Part shown: in pieces, positions 40,575 through 50,815 of the stretch | How the letters are laid out: each line of letters starts with the position of its first letter | How positions within the stretch are numbered: the first letter of the stretch is position 1 | Assembly: GCA_965195345.1 (NCBI GenBank) | Contig: OZ239628.1 | Span: forward strand, 1,792,001 to 1,856,000 | Direction of reading: 5' to 3' | DNA: 64,000 bases | Source of the DNA: an uncultured Thiomicrospira sp. | Lineage (GTDB): Bacteria > Pseudomonadota > Gammaproteobacteria > CAKMZV01 | The notes under the pieces: model-generated | What the model was told of the DNA's origin: nothing | The model's database searches: none | Seen by the model: the letters and a program-made list of their open reading frames with translations, nothing else | Position numbers and translations under genes: made by a program

Positions 40575-41321
40575 TTAGTCACTCTTCAATGCGCAAAACC
40601 GTAGCCGACGATAATCTAATATCCATTGGTTTTGACTATTGCAAAGTTTTGGTTTCAAAAAATCGTAAATATGGGCAAGTAATGCTTCTCTTTGATCTTC
40701 TTCAACCGTAGCGACTATGTTAGAAGTGAAGGTAGATAACCAACCACGTACGTCCGTCGGTATATGTGTCGGGCGATCAAATAGCTGAATAGAGGCAATT
40801 TGAAATCCACTACGCTCTAAGCGCTCTTTCGTCTCATTGATGGTAGGAAATGTCCATGGGTTCTTAAAAAAACCGCCGTAGTGTGGCAAAGACTCTTCTA
40901 ATGTTTCCACTATGGACATAATATTTCCTGCGCCCCCCATTTCTACCACAAAGCGTCCTGAATTTTTCAATGCTTTATACGCCCCGTCATAAACCGCTTG
41001 TTGATCGGGCATCCAGTGCAAAGCCGCATTGGAAAATACCGCATCAAATGATTGATCAAAGCGCAGTTTTTGCCCATCCATTACTTTGGCATCCACGCCT
41101 TTTTCTTGCGTTGATCGCACCATATCTTCACTATAATCGACTCCTTGTACAATACACCCTAGCTGTTGCAATCGTAAAGCAATCGTTCCTTCTCCACAAC
41201 CCAAATCAAGAATGCACTCATCAACTTGGGGATTCAGCAATTCAATTACTTCATTACCGAGTTCAGAAACAAAGGAAGCATGTTTTTGATAGTCCTTTGA
41301 ATTCCAATTTTGCTCTGCCAT
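40575..41321 (-). CDS. Class I SAM-dependent methyltransferase
   Basis: ILDLGCGEG, FDAVFSNAALHW, DYRRL. Confidence 0.9.
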   Translation of the reverse strand: MAEQNWNSKDYQKHASFVSELGNEVIELLNPQVDECILDLGCGEGTIALRLQQLGCIVQGVDYSEDMVRSTQEKGVDAKVMDGQKLRFDQSFDAVFSNAALHWMPDQQAVYDGAYKALKNSGRFVVEMGGAGNIMSIVETLEESLPHYGGFFKNPWTFPTINETKERLERSGFQIASIQLFDRPTHIPTDVRGWLSTFTSNIVATVEEDQREALLAHIYDFLKPKLCNSQNQWILDYRRLRFCALKSD

Positions 41322-41355
41322 TTATTATTCCTGTGTAGTGAAATGGAAAATAAAA

Positions 41356-42633
41356 TTATAACTTTTTCTGCAATAGACAATAATAGAAACCATCAAGCGC
41401 TTGTTCATTAGGAAATACTTGCCAGCCAACTTCTTGTTCTATTCCAAAGGGGAGATTGATAACCATTTGTTGCGCATCGGGATGCCGTTTCAGCCACTGT
41501 TTCAATTGCCATTCATTTTCTTGTTTAAGAACAGAGCATGTCGAATAAACTAAGCGTCCCCCACTTTTCAAAAAAGACCAAGAAACATCAAGCAATTGCT
41601 TCTGCAGAGATGCAAAAGATTGTAAATCGCTTTCCCTGCGTAACCATTTTATATCTGGATTGTGTCGAATAGTCCCTGTCGCTGAACAAGGAGCGTCAAC
41701 AATTATAGCGTCGAATTTTACATCCGATGGCCAAACAATAGTATTTGTTGCATCACCTTCTATCACGTTAACATCTATTGAATAACGCTTGAATTGCTCT
41801 TGCATTGTGCGAGTACGCTCAGTATCTATTTCGATGCTATGCAGTTTGGCAAGTGGCGCTATCTGTTTAATATTAAGGGATTTATTCCCTGGTGCTGAGC
41901 AAACATCCATTATGACTTCGTCGTTCTTCGGTTGTAGTATTTCAACAACCGTTTGCGAGCACAACGACTGAACACTACACACTCCTTCATCCCAACGAGG
42001 TAGGTTCTTTTTCTTAATGGGTGTATTTAGCAACAAACTGTTTTCAAAATACAAAGATTGAACTTCATTTTTTGCAGCTTTTAGCTCTTCTATGTATTCC
42101 AACGCACTTTGTTGCAGTGGATTATTGCGCAAGACCATTGGCGCTTGCACTTGATATGCCTTTTGCATATCGATAGCTAAGTCATTCCATTGAGCGCGTA
42201 ACATATTTTCAAACCACTTCGGTAGTTCGGAAAACTGTTGCTCTTTACGCCGTTGCAACCATGTCTCTTTTTCTCTCAAATAACGTCGTAGTATTCCATT
42301 TACTACTTTTTCAGGCAACTTCATCGACTTTGCCGCCTCAACGGTGGCACTAACAGCAGAATAATCAGGAATACGTAAATAATCTATTTGGAATATGCCC
42401 ACTTCAAGCAATGACGTCAGTAAACCTTTTTTATCAGAACGCGTCATCATTTGGTCAACTTGCCACCCCAAACTTTGATGATAACGCAACACGCCTGAAC
42501 ACAAAGTGCGCAGTAATGCTTTATCACGATCATCTTGAAGCTGTTGTTGCGTAAGTTGTAACTGCTTTTCTAATGATTTCCCAAAATGAAGGACTTTATG
42601 TACAACGATTGCGGCTTCGCTACGTGCACTCAT
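41356..42633 (-). CDS. rsmB: 16S rRNA m5C967 methyltransferase
   Basis: NusB-like N-terminus, DVCSAPGNK, DAPCSATG, YSTCS, DGFY; downstream of fmt. Confidence 0.93.
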   Translation of the reverse strand: MSARSEAAIVVHKVLHFGKSLEKQLQLTQQQLQDDRDKALLRTLCSGVLRYHQSLGWQVDQMMTRSDKKGLLTSLLEVGIFQIDYLRIPDYSAVSATVEAAKSMKLPEKVVNGILRRYLREKETWLQRRKEQQFSELPKWFENMLRAQWNDLAIDMQKAYQVQAPMVLRNNPLQQSALEYIEELKAAKNEVQSLYFENSLLLNTPIKKKNLPRWDEGVCSVQSLCSQTVVEILQPKNDEVIMDVCSAPGNKSLNIKQIAPLAKLHSIEIDTERTRTMQEQFKRYSIDVNVIEGDATNTIVWPSDVKFDAIIVDAPCSATGTIRHNPDIKWLRRESDLQSFASLQKQLLDVSWSFLKSGGRLVYSTCSVLKQENEWQLKQWLKRHPDAQQMVINLPFGIEQEVGWQVFPNEQALDGFYYCLLQKKL

Positions 42634-42634
42634 A

Positions 42635-43549
42635 TCAAGAATCAACGCATGTGGGCAAATCAGGGTTGCCATTTAAAAATTCCGTCACTGTAATCAGTTT
42701 ACGATTAGCAGGTTGTAAGTGTTCTATGGAAAGGGCATCTTTACCGCATCCAATAATCAATTTTTTATTACTTTTTTGTATCTCTCCAATACTGAGTGCC
42801 GCTTGTACTACTTTTGCACCATAAATCTTGTACCGCACACCATTCATCATGCTCCAACAACCAGGCGCAGGGTTGAAAGCTCTAATTTTGCGCTCAAGCA
42901 CAGCAGCAGACTGATTGAAATCTAATTGTGCTTCGCTACTATTAACTTTTTCGGCATAAGTTGTCCCGTGTATTTGTTGTTTGACAGGCGGGTATTTATC
43001 AGGATTAGCAAGCACTTTTAGCAAGCAAGGCGCGCTCATGCAAGCTAATTTGTTATGCAAAGTCGCGGTTGTTTCATTGGCATCAATGGCTACTTTTTCA
43101 AGCAACCGAACCGCTCCTGTATCTAATTTTGAATCCATCTGCATGATTGATACTCCCGTTTGCGTATCGCCTGCTTCAATAGCACGATGTATCGGAGCAG
43201 CTCCTCGCCATCTCGGTAAAATGGAGACGTGAATATTCAAACAGCCTAATTCGAATAATTCCAGCACATTAAGAGGCAATATCTTACCGTAAGAAACAAC
43301 AATCATTGCATCGGCGTTGTAGCTGTCAAGTTGGGATATTAGCGGATCATCGCCCAAATACTGCGGTTGAAAAACAGGTAATCCGTGTTTCAAGGCAATC
43401 TCTTTAACAGGAGAAATTTTAATTTTTCGACCTCTGCCAGCCTGCTTATCTTTTTGCGTGAGTACGGCTACAATTTGATGTTCGCTGTTTAATAAGTCTG
43501 CTAACACAACTCGTGCAAATTCAGGCGATCCAGCAAAAATCAATCGCAT
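42635..43549 (-). CDS. fmt: Methionyl-tRNA formyltransferase
   Basis: FAGSPEFA, AGRG, NIHVSILPRWRGAAPI, LDTG. Confidence 0.96.
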   Translation of the reverse strand: MRLIFAGSPEFARVVLADLLNSEHQIVAVLTQKDKQAGRGRKIKISPVKEIALKHGLPVFQPQYLGDDPLISQLDSYNADAMIVVSYGKILPLNVLELFELGCLNIHVSILPRWRGAAPIHRAIEAGDTQTGVSIMQMDSKLDTGAVRLLEKVAIDANETTATLHNKLACMSAPCLLKVLANPDKYPPVKQQIHGTTYAEKVNSSEAQLDFNQSAAVLERKIRAFNPAPGCWSMMNGVRYKIYGAKVVQAALSIGEIQKSNKKLIIGCGKDALSIEHLQPANRKLITVTEFLNGNPDLPTCVDS

Positions 43550-45186
43550 TACGACGGCTGAATTGTGTCTTCTAAATCATGCGGCTGTAAAAATTGCTCA
43601 AACATGCTCAGTACCTCTTGTTTGGTCTCTTCATCAGCCTTATGCGTTAATCCCTCAAAAAGTAATCGATTAATCGTTTGCTTGTTTAGTGAAATTAAAT
43701 CACCGAGCACCCGAGTAAACTCAATACGGTTATCGGGATAAAGATAAAGCATTGCTCGAACAATCACTTTACACAACCGTGGTTTTAACATGACTAATGC
43801 TTCTAATATCTCTTCTGGTTGAAAATGTTCGAGCAACGGCAAACTTTGTTCAATTAACTTTTGTGTTTTTGCTGGAGAAATACCAATACCCCCCGCTAAT
43901 GTCTGTAAAGCACCATCACTAATTTTTGTGACAAGGTAATCATTACGAGGGTCAAGGTTTGCATTAATTGGGCTAATCATCCGTAATGTGATAGCGTAGG
44001 GAATGTTTTCAACGTCTTTGTCTGGTTTGCGCATCACAACAACCCGAAAGAGCATAAAAAGCCCTGCACTTGCCATAACGCACAAAAGAAAGAAAAACAA
44101 GCCCAACGCATTAGTAAATTGCATCACTTGCGAACCAATAATAGGTCCTGCAATCAGTCCACTACTGAATAAAAGCATTAAGGAACTCATAGCTGGGATA
44201 GCTTTATCAGAGTCCATTTGATTGTAAATGAACTTCACACAAACAGGATAAATCGTACTCAACAACCCTCCAAGAACGCCAATAGAAAGCACTATCAATA
44301 ACCAATGTGCCCCAGAGTACGTTAGAATAATCGTTGCTAGTATGCTGATTATTGCTATAATATTAATCAGCAATAGCACTCTGCGCTCATCTATTATGTC
44401 GCTCAAACGACCTATTGGTATTTGAAAGATAATGGAACTGCCCATTGCCAAAGAAACCATTATGGCAATCTGATTGCTTTCCAATTCCAACCATAATGCA
44501 AATAAAGACAATAGCGATGCCAGCGCCCCGAAAGCAATTCCGCCCAATACTGTCATAACTGCTCCACTTGGAGTATCACGAAGCATTTCAATGAGTGGTA
44601 AGTTTTTCTGATTATCGCCGATTTGAGGAGATGCAAAACGCGTCAATAAAACTGGGATCATTGATATGCTAAACATCATGGCAATGAGACCTATGGAACG
44701 TAAATCATAGGAATGAAACCAGGTTGCCACAAAAGGTGCCAACAAAATACCCGCACCAAAAAACAACTGATACATGGCATAAATCATACCTCTTGAATGA
44801 TGTTCACTGGTTGCACTTAACCAACTTTCCAATGTCAAGTACATCCCTGCCATGGATAGACCGATTATCAAACGCAATATGAAGAAAATAATTTCATTAT
44901 GGAAAAAAATATGCGCGGTAACGACAATAACAATAACCGATGTGGCAAATGCATAACTACGTATATGCCCAACTCGAGATATAACATAGTGTCCGTAATA
45001 ACTGCCAATTAAAATCCCCATCGAATAACCCGACATTACCCAACCAATAACTGAGGTAGATGTCCCCCCAGAATCCATGTATATCGGCATCAGAAGAAAC
45101 ATCGCGTTATTGCCAATGGAAGCAAATAGTATAGCAATCAAAATTGCATTGATACGATAGCTTATTTGAAATAGTTGAGTAAACAT
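43549..45186 (-). CDS. MFS transporter (YcaD-like) with soluble C-terminal extension
   Basis: About 12 TM helices, RVGHIR, ESWL, QIPIGRLSD; ~135-aa helical tail after LDPR. Confidence 0.85.
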   Translation of the reverse strand: MFTQLFQISYRINAILIAILFASIGNNAMFLLMPIYMDSGGTSTSVIGWVMSGYSMGILIGSYYGHYVISRVGHIRSYAFATSVIVIVVTAHIFFHNEIIFFILRLIIGLSMAGMYLTLESWLSATSEHHSRGMIYAMYQLFFGAGILLAPFVATWFHSYDLRSIGLIAMMFSISMIPVLLTRFASPQIGDNQKNLPLIEMLRDTPSGAVMTVLGGIAFGALASLLSLFALWLELESNQIAIMVSLAMGSSIIFQIPIGRLSDIIDERRVLLLINIIAIISILATIILTYSGAHWLLIVLSIGVLGGLLSTIYPVCVKFIYNQMDSDKAIPAMSSLMLLFSSGLIAGPIIGSQVMQFTNALGLFFFLLCVMASAGLFMLFRVVVMRKPDKDVENIPYAITLRMISPINANLDPRNDYLVTKISDGALQTLAGGIGISPAKTQKLIEQSLPLLEHFQPEEILEALVMLKPRLCKVIVRAMLYLYPDNRIEFTRVLGDLISLNKQTINRLLFEGLTHKADEETKQEVLSMFEQFLQPHDLEDTIQPS

Positions 45187-45296
45187 TTTCCTTAGTGTTG
45201 AATTTTATTAATCTAAATTGAAATCACTGGTTTTAGATTGATTTTCTCCGAAAACTGGATTGGCATTATGAGACGTAATTTGCGCCCAAAAATGGT

Positions 45297-45872
45297 TCAC
45301 ATTCTGTTGAAAGTATCTTTGATATGCTTAGCAACGTAGTGTGCAAATGATGGTCTTACTAGTAAATGAACACTACCATCTTCATTGGGCGGTCTAAAAA
45401 TAATTACTGGCGATTGCATCAACATAGTCGCAACGACTTTACCAGCAGGCAGTGCCGATCGAATATCATAGTTTATTAAATGCGACAACAATGTTTCACT
45501 CTTCAATCCACTCAATTGCAAGCATGTATATCCCCCTGAATTATCAACGACTACCATTGAGTCTTCGAACTTATCTGTTTGCTCAAGAATCGCTTGTTGA
45601 TCTCCGTTCTTTAAAACAAGTAAAAATTCATCTGGACTCATCCACAAACATAATTTTTCACCACCGGTGGTAATTTGCAACGGTTCTCCAAGATTGAACC
45701 CGAGATATTGGTGAACAATAATTTTGGCACGTTCTAAATCTTTTATACGCAAAACAAGGTAAGCATTATCAGCACATTCAATACAGTTGACTTCATCGCT
45801 CTTTATCAAAAAGCCATTTTCATCAACCATTGATTCTAATATTGAAGAAAACACTGGAGTAAAATTAATCAT
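45297..45872 (-). CDS. soxG: Heterotetrameric sarcosine oxidase family gamma subunit
   Basis: LWMSPDEFL, VVDNSGG, LLVRPSFAHY; last gene of the soxBDA operon; start ATG 45872. Confidence 0.85.
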   Translation of the reverse strand: MINFTPVFSSILESMVDENGFLIKSDEVNCIECADNAYLVLRIKDLERAKIIVHQYLGFNLGEPLQITTGGEKLCLWMSPDEFLLVLKNGDQQAILEQTDKFEDSMVVVDNSGGYTCLQLSGLKSETLLSHLINYDIRSALPAGKVVATMLMQSPVIIFRPPNEDGSVHLLVRPSFAHYVAKHIKDTFNRM

Positions 45873-48858
45873 TACCGTCACTCCTTTTCCCTTCGGGATC
45901 GTAGAAAACTGAATCACCTATCGTGCATGGGATTTTTTGCATCTCTTGACCTAATTTAACCAAACCCACTTGAACCTTCTCCCCCTTCCGACTTAACCCC
46001 TCACGAATAATAGCCATCGCAATAGAGCGATTTAAATTTGGGCTAAAGTAGCTTGAAGTAACGTGCCCATGCGATAACCCATCCTCTGCAACTACGTGCG
46101 AACCTTCGGGTAAAACGAATTGAGGATCCTCCGTGTACAAACCCACTAATTGCTTACGATTGCCATTCGCTAATGAGGGAAGCGTGAATGAACGCTTACC
46201 TATGTAGGAGAAAGTTTTATTTTTTGAAAGTAACCATTCAAGATTGGCATCGTGTGGCGTAACGGAACCATCAGTATCCTGACCAATAATAACGTAGCCT
46301 TTTTCAGCACGAAGCACATGTAAGGTTTCCGTGCCGTAGGGGGTAATATTCCACTGTTTCCCGTGTTCTTCTATTTGTTGCCAAAGATACGCGCCGTAGT
46401 TCGATCTAACGTTGATTTCATAAGCAAGCTCCCCAGAGAAACTAATACGCATTACACGCGCTTCAACGCCACAAACCGTCCCTTGACGCCAATCCATAAA
46501 TTTAAAGGCATCTTTATCAAAATTAATATCGGAATTGAGCAGCCGCATCAATTTTCTTGCATTAGGTCCAACAACAGCTATTGTAGAAAAATGATCGGTA
46601 ACGCTTGTTAATTTGACATCAAGATCGCTCCATTCAGTTTGCAACCACATCTCCAGTGTGGAATAGACGCTGGCTGCACCACCTGTGGTGGTGGTCATCA
46701 AAAAATGATCATCTGCCAAGCATGCGCTAACGCCATCATCAATAACCATGCCTTTTTCGTTGCACATAATTCCATAACGGCATTTGCCAACCGCCAACTT
46801 ACTCCAATTGTTGGTGTAAACGCGATCTAAAAACTCCCGTGAATCTTTGCCCTGTATGTCAATCTTCCCAAGCGTTGAGGCATCCATCATCGCTAATGAC
46901 TCTCTGGCTGCGGTGCATTCACGTTGTACTGCTTGGTACATATCTTCACCGGGTTCAGGAAAGTACCAAGGACGATACCATTGCCCTACCATTTCAAACA
47001 TTGCACCTTTTTTAACATGCTCGCCTTGTATGGTAGTAAAGCGTTGAGGCTGCAATAAATCACCTATTGAACGTCCTGCCAACGCTCCGAATTCAACAGC
47101 ATTATAGGCAGGACGATAAGTGGTTGTTCCTATGTCTTGCATAGGAATATTCAACAAAGAAGACGCAACTGCTATCCCATTTATATTACCGGTTTTTCCT
47201 TGATCTGTTCCAAATCCCATTGCAGTGTAACGTTTAATATGCTCAATGGATTCATACCCTTCGGTTATCGATACTTTGATATCTTTAGTGGTAACGTCAT
47301 TCTGCATATCGAGAAATACGCGCGCGCGCTTAATGATTTCCAACGGAGTGAAAAATGAACTGGTGTTAACGTGTTTGCCATTTTGCACTTCTGCACTCTG
47401 CACTGTCTCCCCTAATTCACTCATGATCTGGGATGATTTATGCTGCGCATCGACAATAATTTCCTGCCAGCAACTCAATCCACACATGCTGCCACTTACT
47501 GCTCTATTTAATCGTTCTTTTGTTGGCATAAATGAACGATATTTTTCATCATAAAATGGTTTATTACCCGTATGACAGTCTAAATGTACAATGGGATTAA
47601 AACCTCCCGAACTTGTTAACAAGTCGCAAGGCAACGTTTTCGTATCTGTTCCAATTTCCCAAGAACCATTCCGTTCAACACATGGGCTAACCAGTACCGA
47701 CTCAACACGCTCTTTGCCATTTGCTTTCAAAATACAATGCCCTTGAAGGATTTCTACGCCCAGATGTTTAACCCGTTCAGTAACATCGGAATCAATACGA
47801 CTTCGCACATCAATTAACTGTACTTTAATACCGCGTTTTGCTAAGTCATGAGCAACGGTATAAATGCTGTCGTTGTTTCCATAAACTACCGTATTCTTAC
47901 CTGCAATACAATTGTACTCATTCGCAAATCTTCGCGTTGATTGAGCCAATTGAATATTAATCAGATCGTTGTTTTCAAACAACATTCCCCGCTCATGAGC
48001 TCCACAGGCGAGAATAACTTTTTTCGCACGAATTTTATGTAATATTTGGCGTGCTTTGCTGTTTGTCCGCTGATTAGGTGCACAAAAGACATCGATTTTT
48101 TCCAAAGCTAAAAGATAGTTGTGATCATGCCAAGCAAAAACACAACTATTTTGTAATACATTAACGCGCCCTTGTGTATTAAGCAATCGCTTTTCACAGG
48201 CATTATGCCACTGCCGTGCTTGATCATCAAACAACGTATCACTGAGCATTTCACCGCCTAAACGAGAACGCTCATCAACTAACATCACACTAAGATTAGG
48301 TGCTTTTTCTAAAATATTATCAACGACAGTCATCCCCGCGCACCCCCCTCCAACAACCAATACATCGCAATGATGAAATTGGTGCTCGTACACTTCGGCA
48401 TCAGGACTATCTGGTGCTTCTGAGAAGCCTGACAATGCGCGTAATCCGTCCTCAACCTTTGCCCAAACTGATTGTTTTATAAAGGTTTTATAATAAAATC
48501 CAGCAGCCATAAAACGATGTAATGGCTTGATTAGCGCACGCAAGTCGATTTTTTGCACATCAGTAGCTGATTTCGCAACCAGTCCATCGTACAGCTTTAT
48601 TTCTGTGGCTTTTTGATTTGGCGAATAATACCCCCCACTTTCAAGCGAAACCAATGCATTCGGTTCTTCAACGCCCGCTGCCATAATGCCACGTTTTCTG
48701 CCGTACTTAAAACTTCTTGCAAGAAATTGTTTATCGTTAGCAATTAAAGCGGAAGCAAGCGAGTCTCCATCGTCACCTTGCAAAACCTCTCCGTTAAAGC
48801 AAAAGCTGACTTTCTTTTCTGCTTTTACTTGGCTATGGATGTGATGATTGATGCGCAT
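45865..48858 (-). CDS. soxA: Heterotetrameric sarcosine oxidase family alpha subunit
   Basis: RSFKY..RG, EEPNA, EHIKRYT.MG.GTDQGK, GcvT-like C-terminal half (DASTLGK, RISFSGE, LRAEKG). Confidence 0.93.
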   Translation of the reverse strand: MRINHHIHSQVKAEKKVSFCFNGEVLQGDDGDSLASALIANDKQFLARSFKYGRKRGIMAAGVEEPNALVSLESGGYYSPNQKATEIKLYDGLVAKSATDVQKIDLRALIKPLHRFMAAGFYYKTFIKQSVWAKVEDGLRALSGFSEAPDSPDAEVYEHQFHHCDVLVVGGGCAGMTVVDNILEKAPNLSVMLVDERSRLGGEMLSDTLFDDQARQWHNACEKRLLNTQGRVNVLQNSCVFAWHDHNYLLALEKIDVFCAPNQRTNSKARQILHKIRAKKVILACGAHERGMLFENNDLINIQLAQSTRRFANEYNCIAGKNTVVYGNNDSIYTVAHDLAKRGIKVQLIDVRSRIDSDVTERVKHLGVEILQGHCILKANGKERVESVLVSPCVERNGSWEIGTDTKTLPCDLLTSSGGFNPIVHLDCHTGNKPFYDEKYRSFMPTKERLNRAVSGSMCGLSCWQEIIVDAQHKSSQIMSELGETVQSAEVQNGKHVNTSSFFTPLEIIKRARVFLDMQNDVTTKDIKVSITEGYESIEHIKRYTAMGFGTDQGKTGNINGIAVASSLLNIPMQDIGTTTYRPAYNAVEFGALAGRSIGDLLQPQRFTTIQGEHVKKGAMFEMVGQWYRPWYFPEPGEDMYQAVQRECTAARESLAMMDASTLGKIDIQGKDSREFLDRVYTNNWSKLAVGKCRYGIMCNEKGMVIDDGVSACLADDHFLMTTTTGGAASVYSTLEMWLQTEWSDLDVKLTSVTDHFSTIAVVGPNARKLMRLLNSDINFDKDAFKFMDWRQGTVCGVEARVMRISFSGELAYEINVRSNYGAYLWQQIEEHGKQWNITPYGTETLHVLRAEKGYVIIGQDTDGSVTPHDANLEWLLSKNKTFSYIGKRSFTLPSLANGNRKQLVGLYTEDPQFVLPEGSHVVAEDGLSHGHVTSSYFSPNLNRSIAMAIIREGLSRKGEKVQVGLVKLGQEMQKIPCTIGDSVFYDPEGKRSDGND

Positions 48859-48861
48859 AAT

Positions 48862-49140
48862 TTAAATGCCTTTTTTCTCTTTTAGGATGGCGGAAACCTC
48901 CGAAATACTGTGGTCAATGGTTGAGCGCCTAACAAGAAAGTATTTCCGACATCCCGCTGTATGCACCCATTGTTCCCACTGCTCTCCTTTATGGTTAGAA
49001 CGATAAAAAACGTAATCTGCCCATTGCTCATCGCTCAATGATTCGGGATCGATTGGACGCCCAATAAAAGCTTCCCCAGCAGGAGTAAAATCCCCCTCTT
49101 CTCTGTGCTCTTTACAGTATGGACAATATATTTCAAACAT
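48862..49140 (-). CDS. soxD: Heterotetrameric sarcosine oxidase family delta subunit
   Basis: IYCPYC, W..Y.F.R.N, W.H..GC zinc ligands. Confidence 0.93.
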   Translation of the reverse strand: MFEIYCPYCKEHREEGDFTPAGEAFIGRPIDPESLSDEQWADYVFYRSNHKGEQWEQWVHTAGCRKYFLVRRSTIDHSISEVSAILKEKKGI

Positions 49141-49152
49141 AACTTCCCTCTC

Positions 49153-50400
49153 CTAATGAGCCACACCTGCGGCACCATGTTCGTCGATAAGTGCGCCTGT
49201 GGTAAAGCGACTGATATGGAATGGTTCAGCTAATGGATGGCATTTATCTTGAGCGATGGTGTGCGCAAATACATTGCCTGAACCTGGAGTTGCCTTAAAT
49301 CCACCCGTTCCCCAACCACAATTAAAGTAAAGACCACCTACTGGCATTGGGCTTACGATTGGACAGGCGTCTGGACATACATCAACGATTCCTCCCCATT
49401 GACGATTCATTCTTACTCGTGAAAAAATAGGAAATAGCTCAATAATTGCCGCAGCACAGTGTTCAATAACATGCGATCCACCGCGTTGCGCATAAGAGTT
49501 GTATCCGTCAACACCTGCTCCAATAACCAGATCGCCTTTATCGCTTTGACTGATATATCCATGTACTGCATTTGACATGACGACTGTATTTAATACTGGC
49601 TTCATTGCTTCGGATACATACGCTTGCAATGGATGACTTTCCACAGGCAAACGCAAGCCTGCCATTTTGGCAATTACCGATGAGTTACCAGCACTAACAG
49701 AACCAATGCGGTCAGCGAGTATTTCACCTTTTGTTGTTTGCACCCCGCGCACTCGCCCATTCTCAATTTCAATGCCCATGACTTCACAATTTTGAATAAT
49801 ATCCACACCAAGACGAGCCGCTGCACGCGCAAATCCCCAAGCAACACCATCGTGCCTAGCCACCCCTGCGCGCGGTTGCCAAGACGCACCTAATATTGGA
49901 AAGCGCACATCTTTGCCTATATTGATAATAGGAATGCGATCTTTCACTTCCTGTGCATTGAGAGCCACAGCATCAACACCATTGATTAAATTTGCATTGA
50001 CTCGACGTTCAATATCTCGCATATCTTGTAAGTTGTGCCCGAGGTTAAATACCCCGCGTTGTGAGAACATAACGTTGAAATTCAAATCCTCACTTAACCC
50101 TTCCCAGAGCTTTAATGCATGTTCATAGATGCCAGCTGATTCATCCCATAAATAATTTGAGCGGATAATGGTGGTATTACGGCCAGTATTTCCGCCGCCA
50201 ATGTAACCTTTTTCTAAAACAGCCACATTCGTGATTCCACATTCTTTAGCAAGATAATAAGCGGTTGCTAAACCGTGTCCTCCGCCACCGATGATAATAA
50301 CATCGTATTTAGACTTTGGTTTTGACGCAGGAATTGCTCTAGCCCAATCTTGACCATTAAATCCTGCCTTTAATAATGATAGCCATGAATAATTTGACAT
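49153..50400 (-). CDS. soxB: Heterotetrameric sarcosine oxidase family beta subunit
   Basis: [36 protein letters not shown]-terminal GVAH; start ATG 50400. Confidence 0.95.
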   Translation of the reverse strand: MSNYSWLSLLKAGFNGQDWARAIPASKPKSKYDVIIIGGGGHGLATAYYLAKECGITNVAVLEKGYIGGGNTGRNTTIIRSNYLWDESAGIYEHALKLWEGLSEDLNFNVMFSQRGVFNLGHNLQDMRDIERRVNANLINGVDAVALNAQEVKDRIPIINIGKDVRFPILGASWQPRAGVARHDGVAWGFARAAARLGVDIIQNCEVMGIEIENGRVRGVQTTKGEILADRIGSVSAGNSSVIAKMAGLRLPVESHPLQAYVSEAMKPVLNTVVMSNAVHGYISQSDKGDLVIGAGVDGYNSYAQRGGSHVIEHCAAAIIELFPIFSRVRMNRQWGGIVDVCPDACPIVSPMPVGGLYFNCGWGTGGFKATPGSGNVFAHTIAQDKCHPLAEPFHISRFTTGALIDEHGAAGVAH

Positions 50401-50815
50401 AAAACCGTTCAACTATAGCACCTTGATTTCAAAAGTAAATGCACATCTGTAAAAGTCCGCATTCTACCTTTTAAATAGGTACTTACGAACAATATTCTTT
50501 ACGTAAACTAAACAATATTTTTCTATACAACTGCCCTATTCCATCAAATTATCAAATACCTAACTGAACAATCCTTTATTTCTGCGTGTTCAGGGCAATA
50601 TTCAGCGCAATATTTGATTGAATCAAGTCTTTTCAAGTGAGCAAACTCTTCCCACCATCAAATAAAATAAGAGGCATACCTTATGCTATAAATGTCTAAT
50701 AAATACAAGAATAGAACCACCTATAATCATCCCTATTAAAATCCATTCATAAATCCACTCAATGCGGTTCAATCAACATCCAGTAACTAAAAACTATTAA
50801 AAAAGAGAATTTCAG

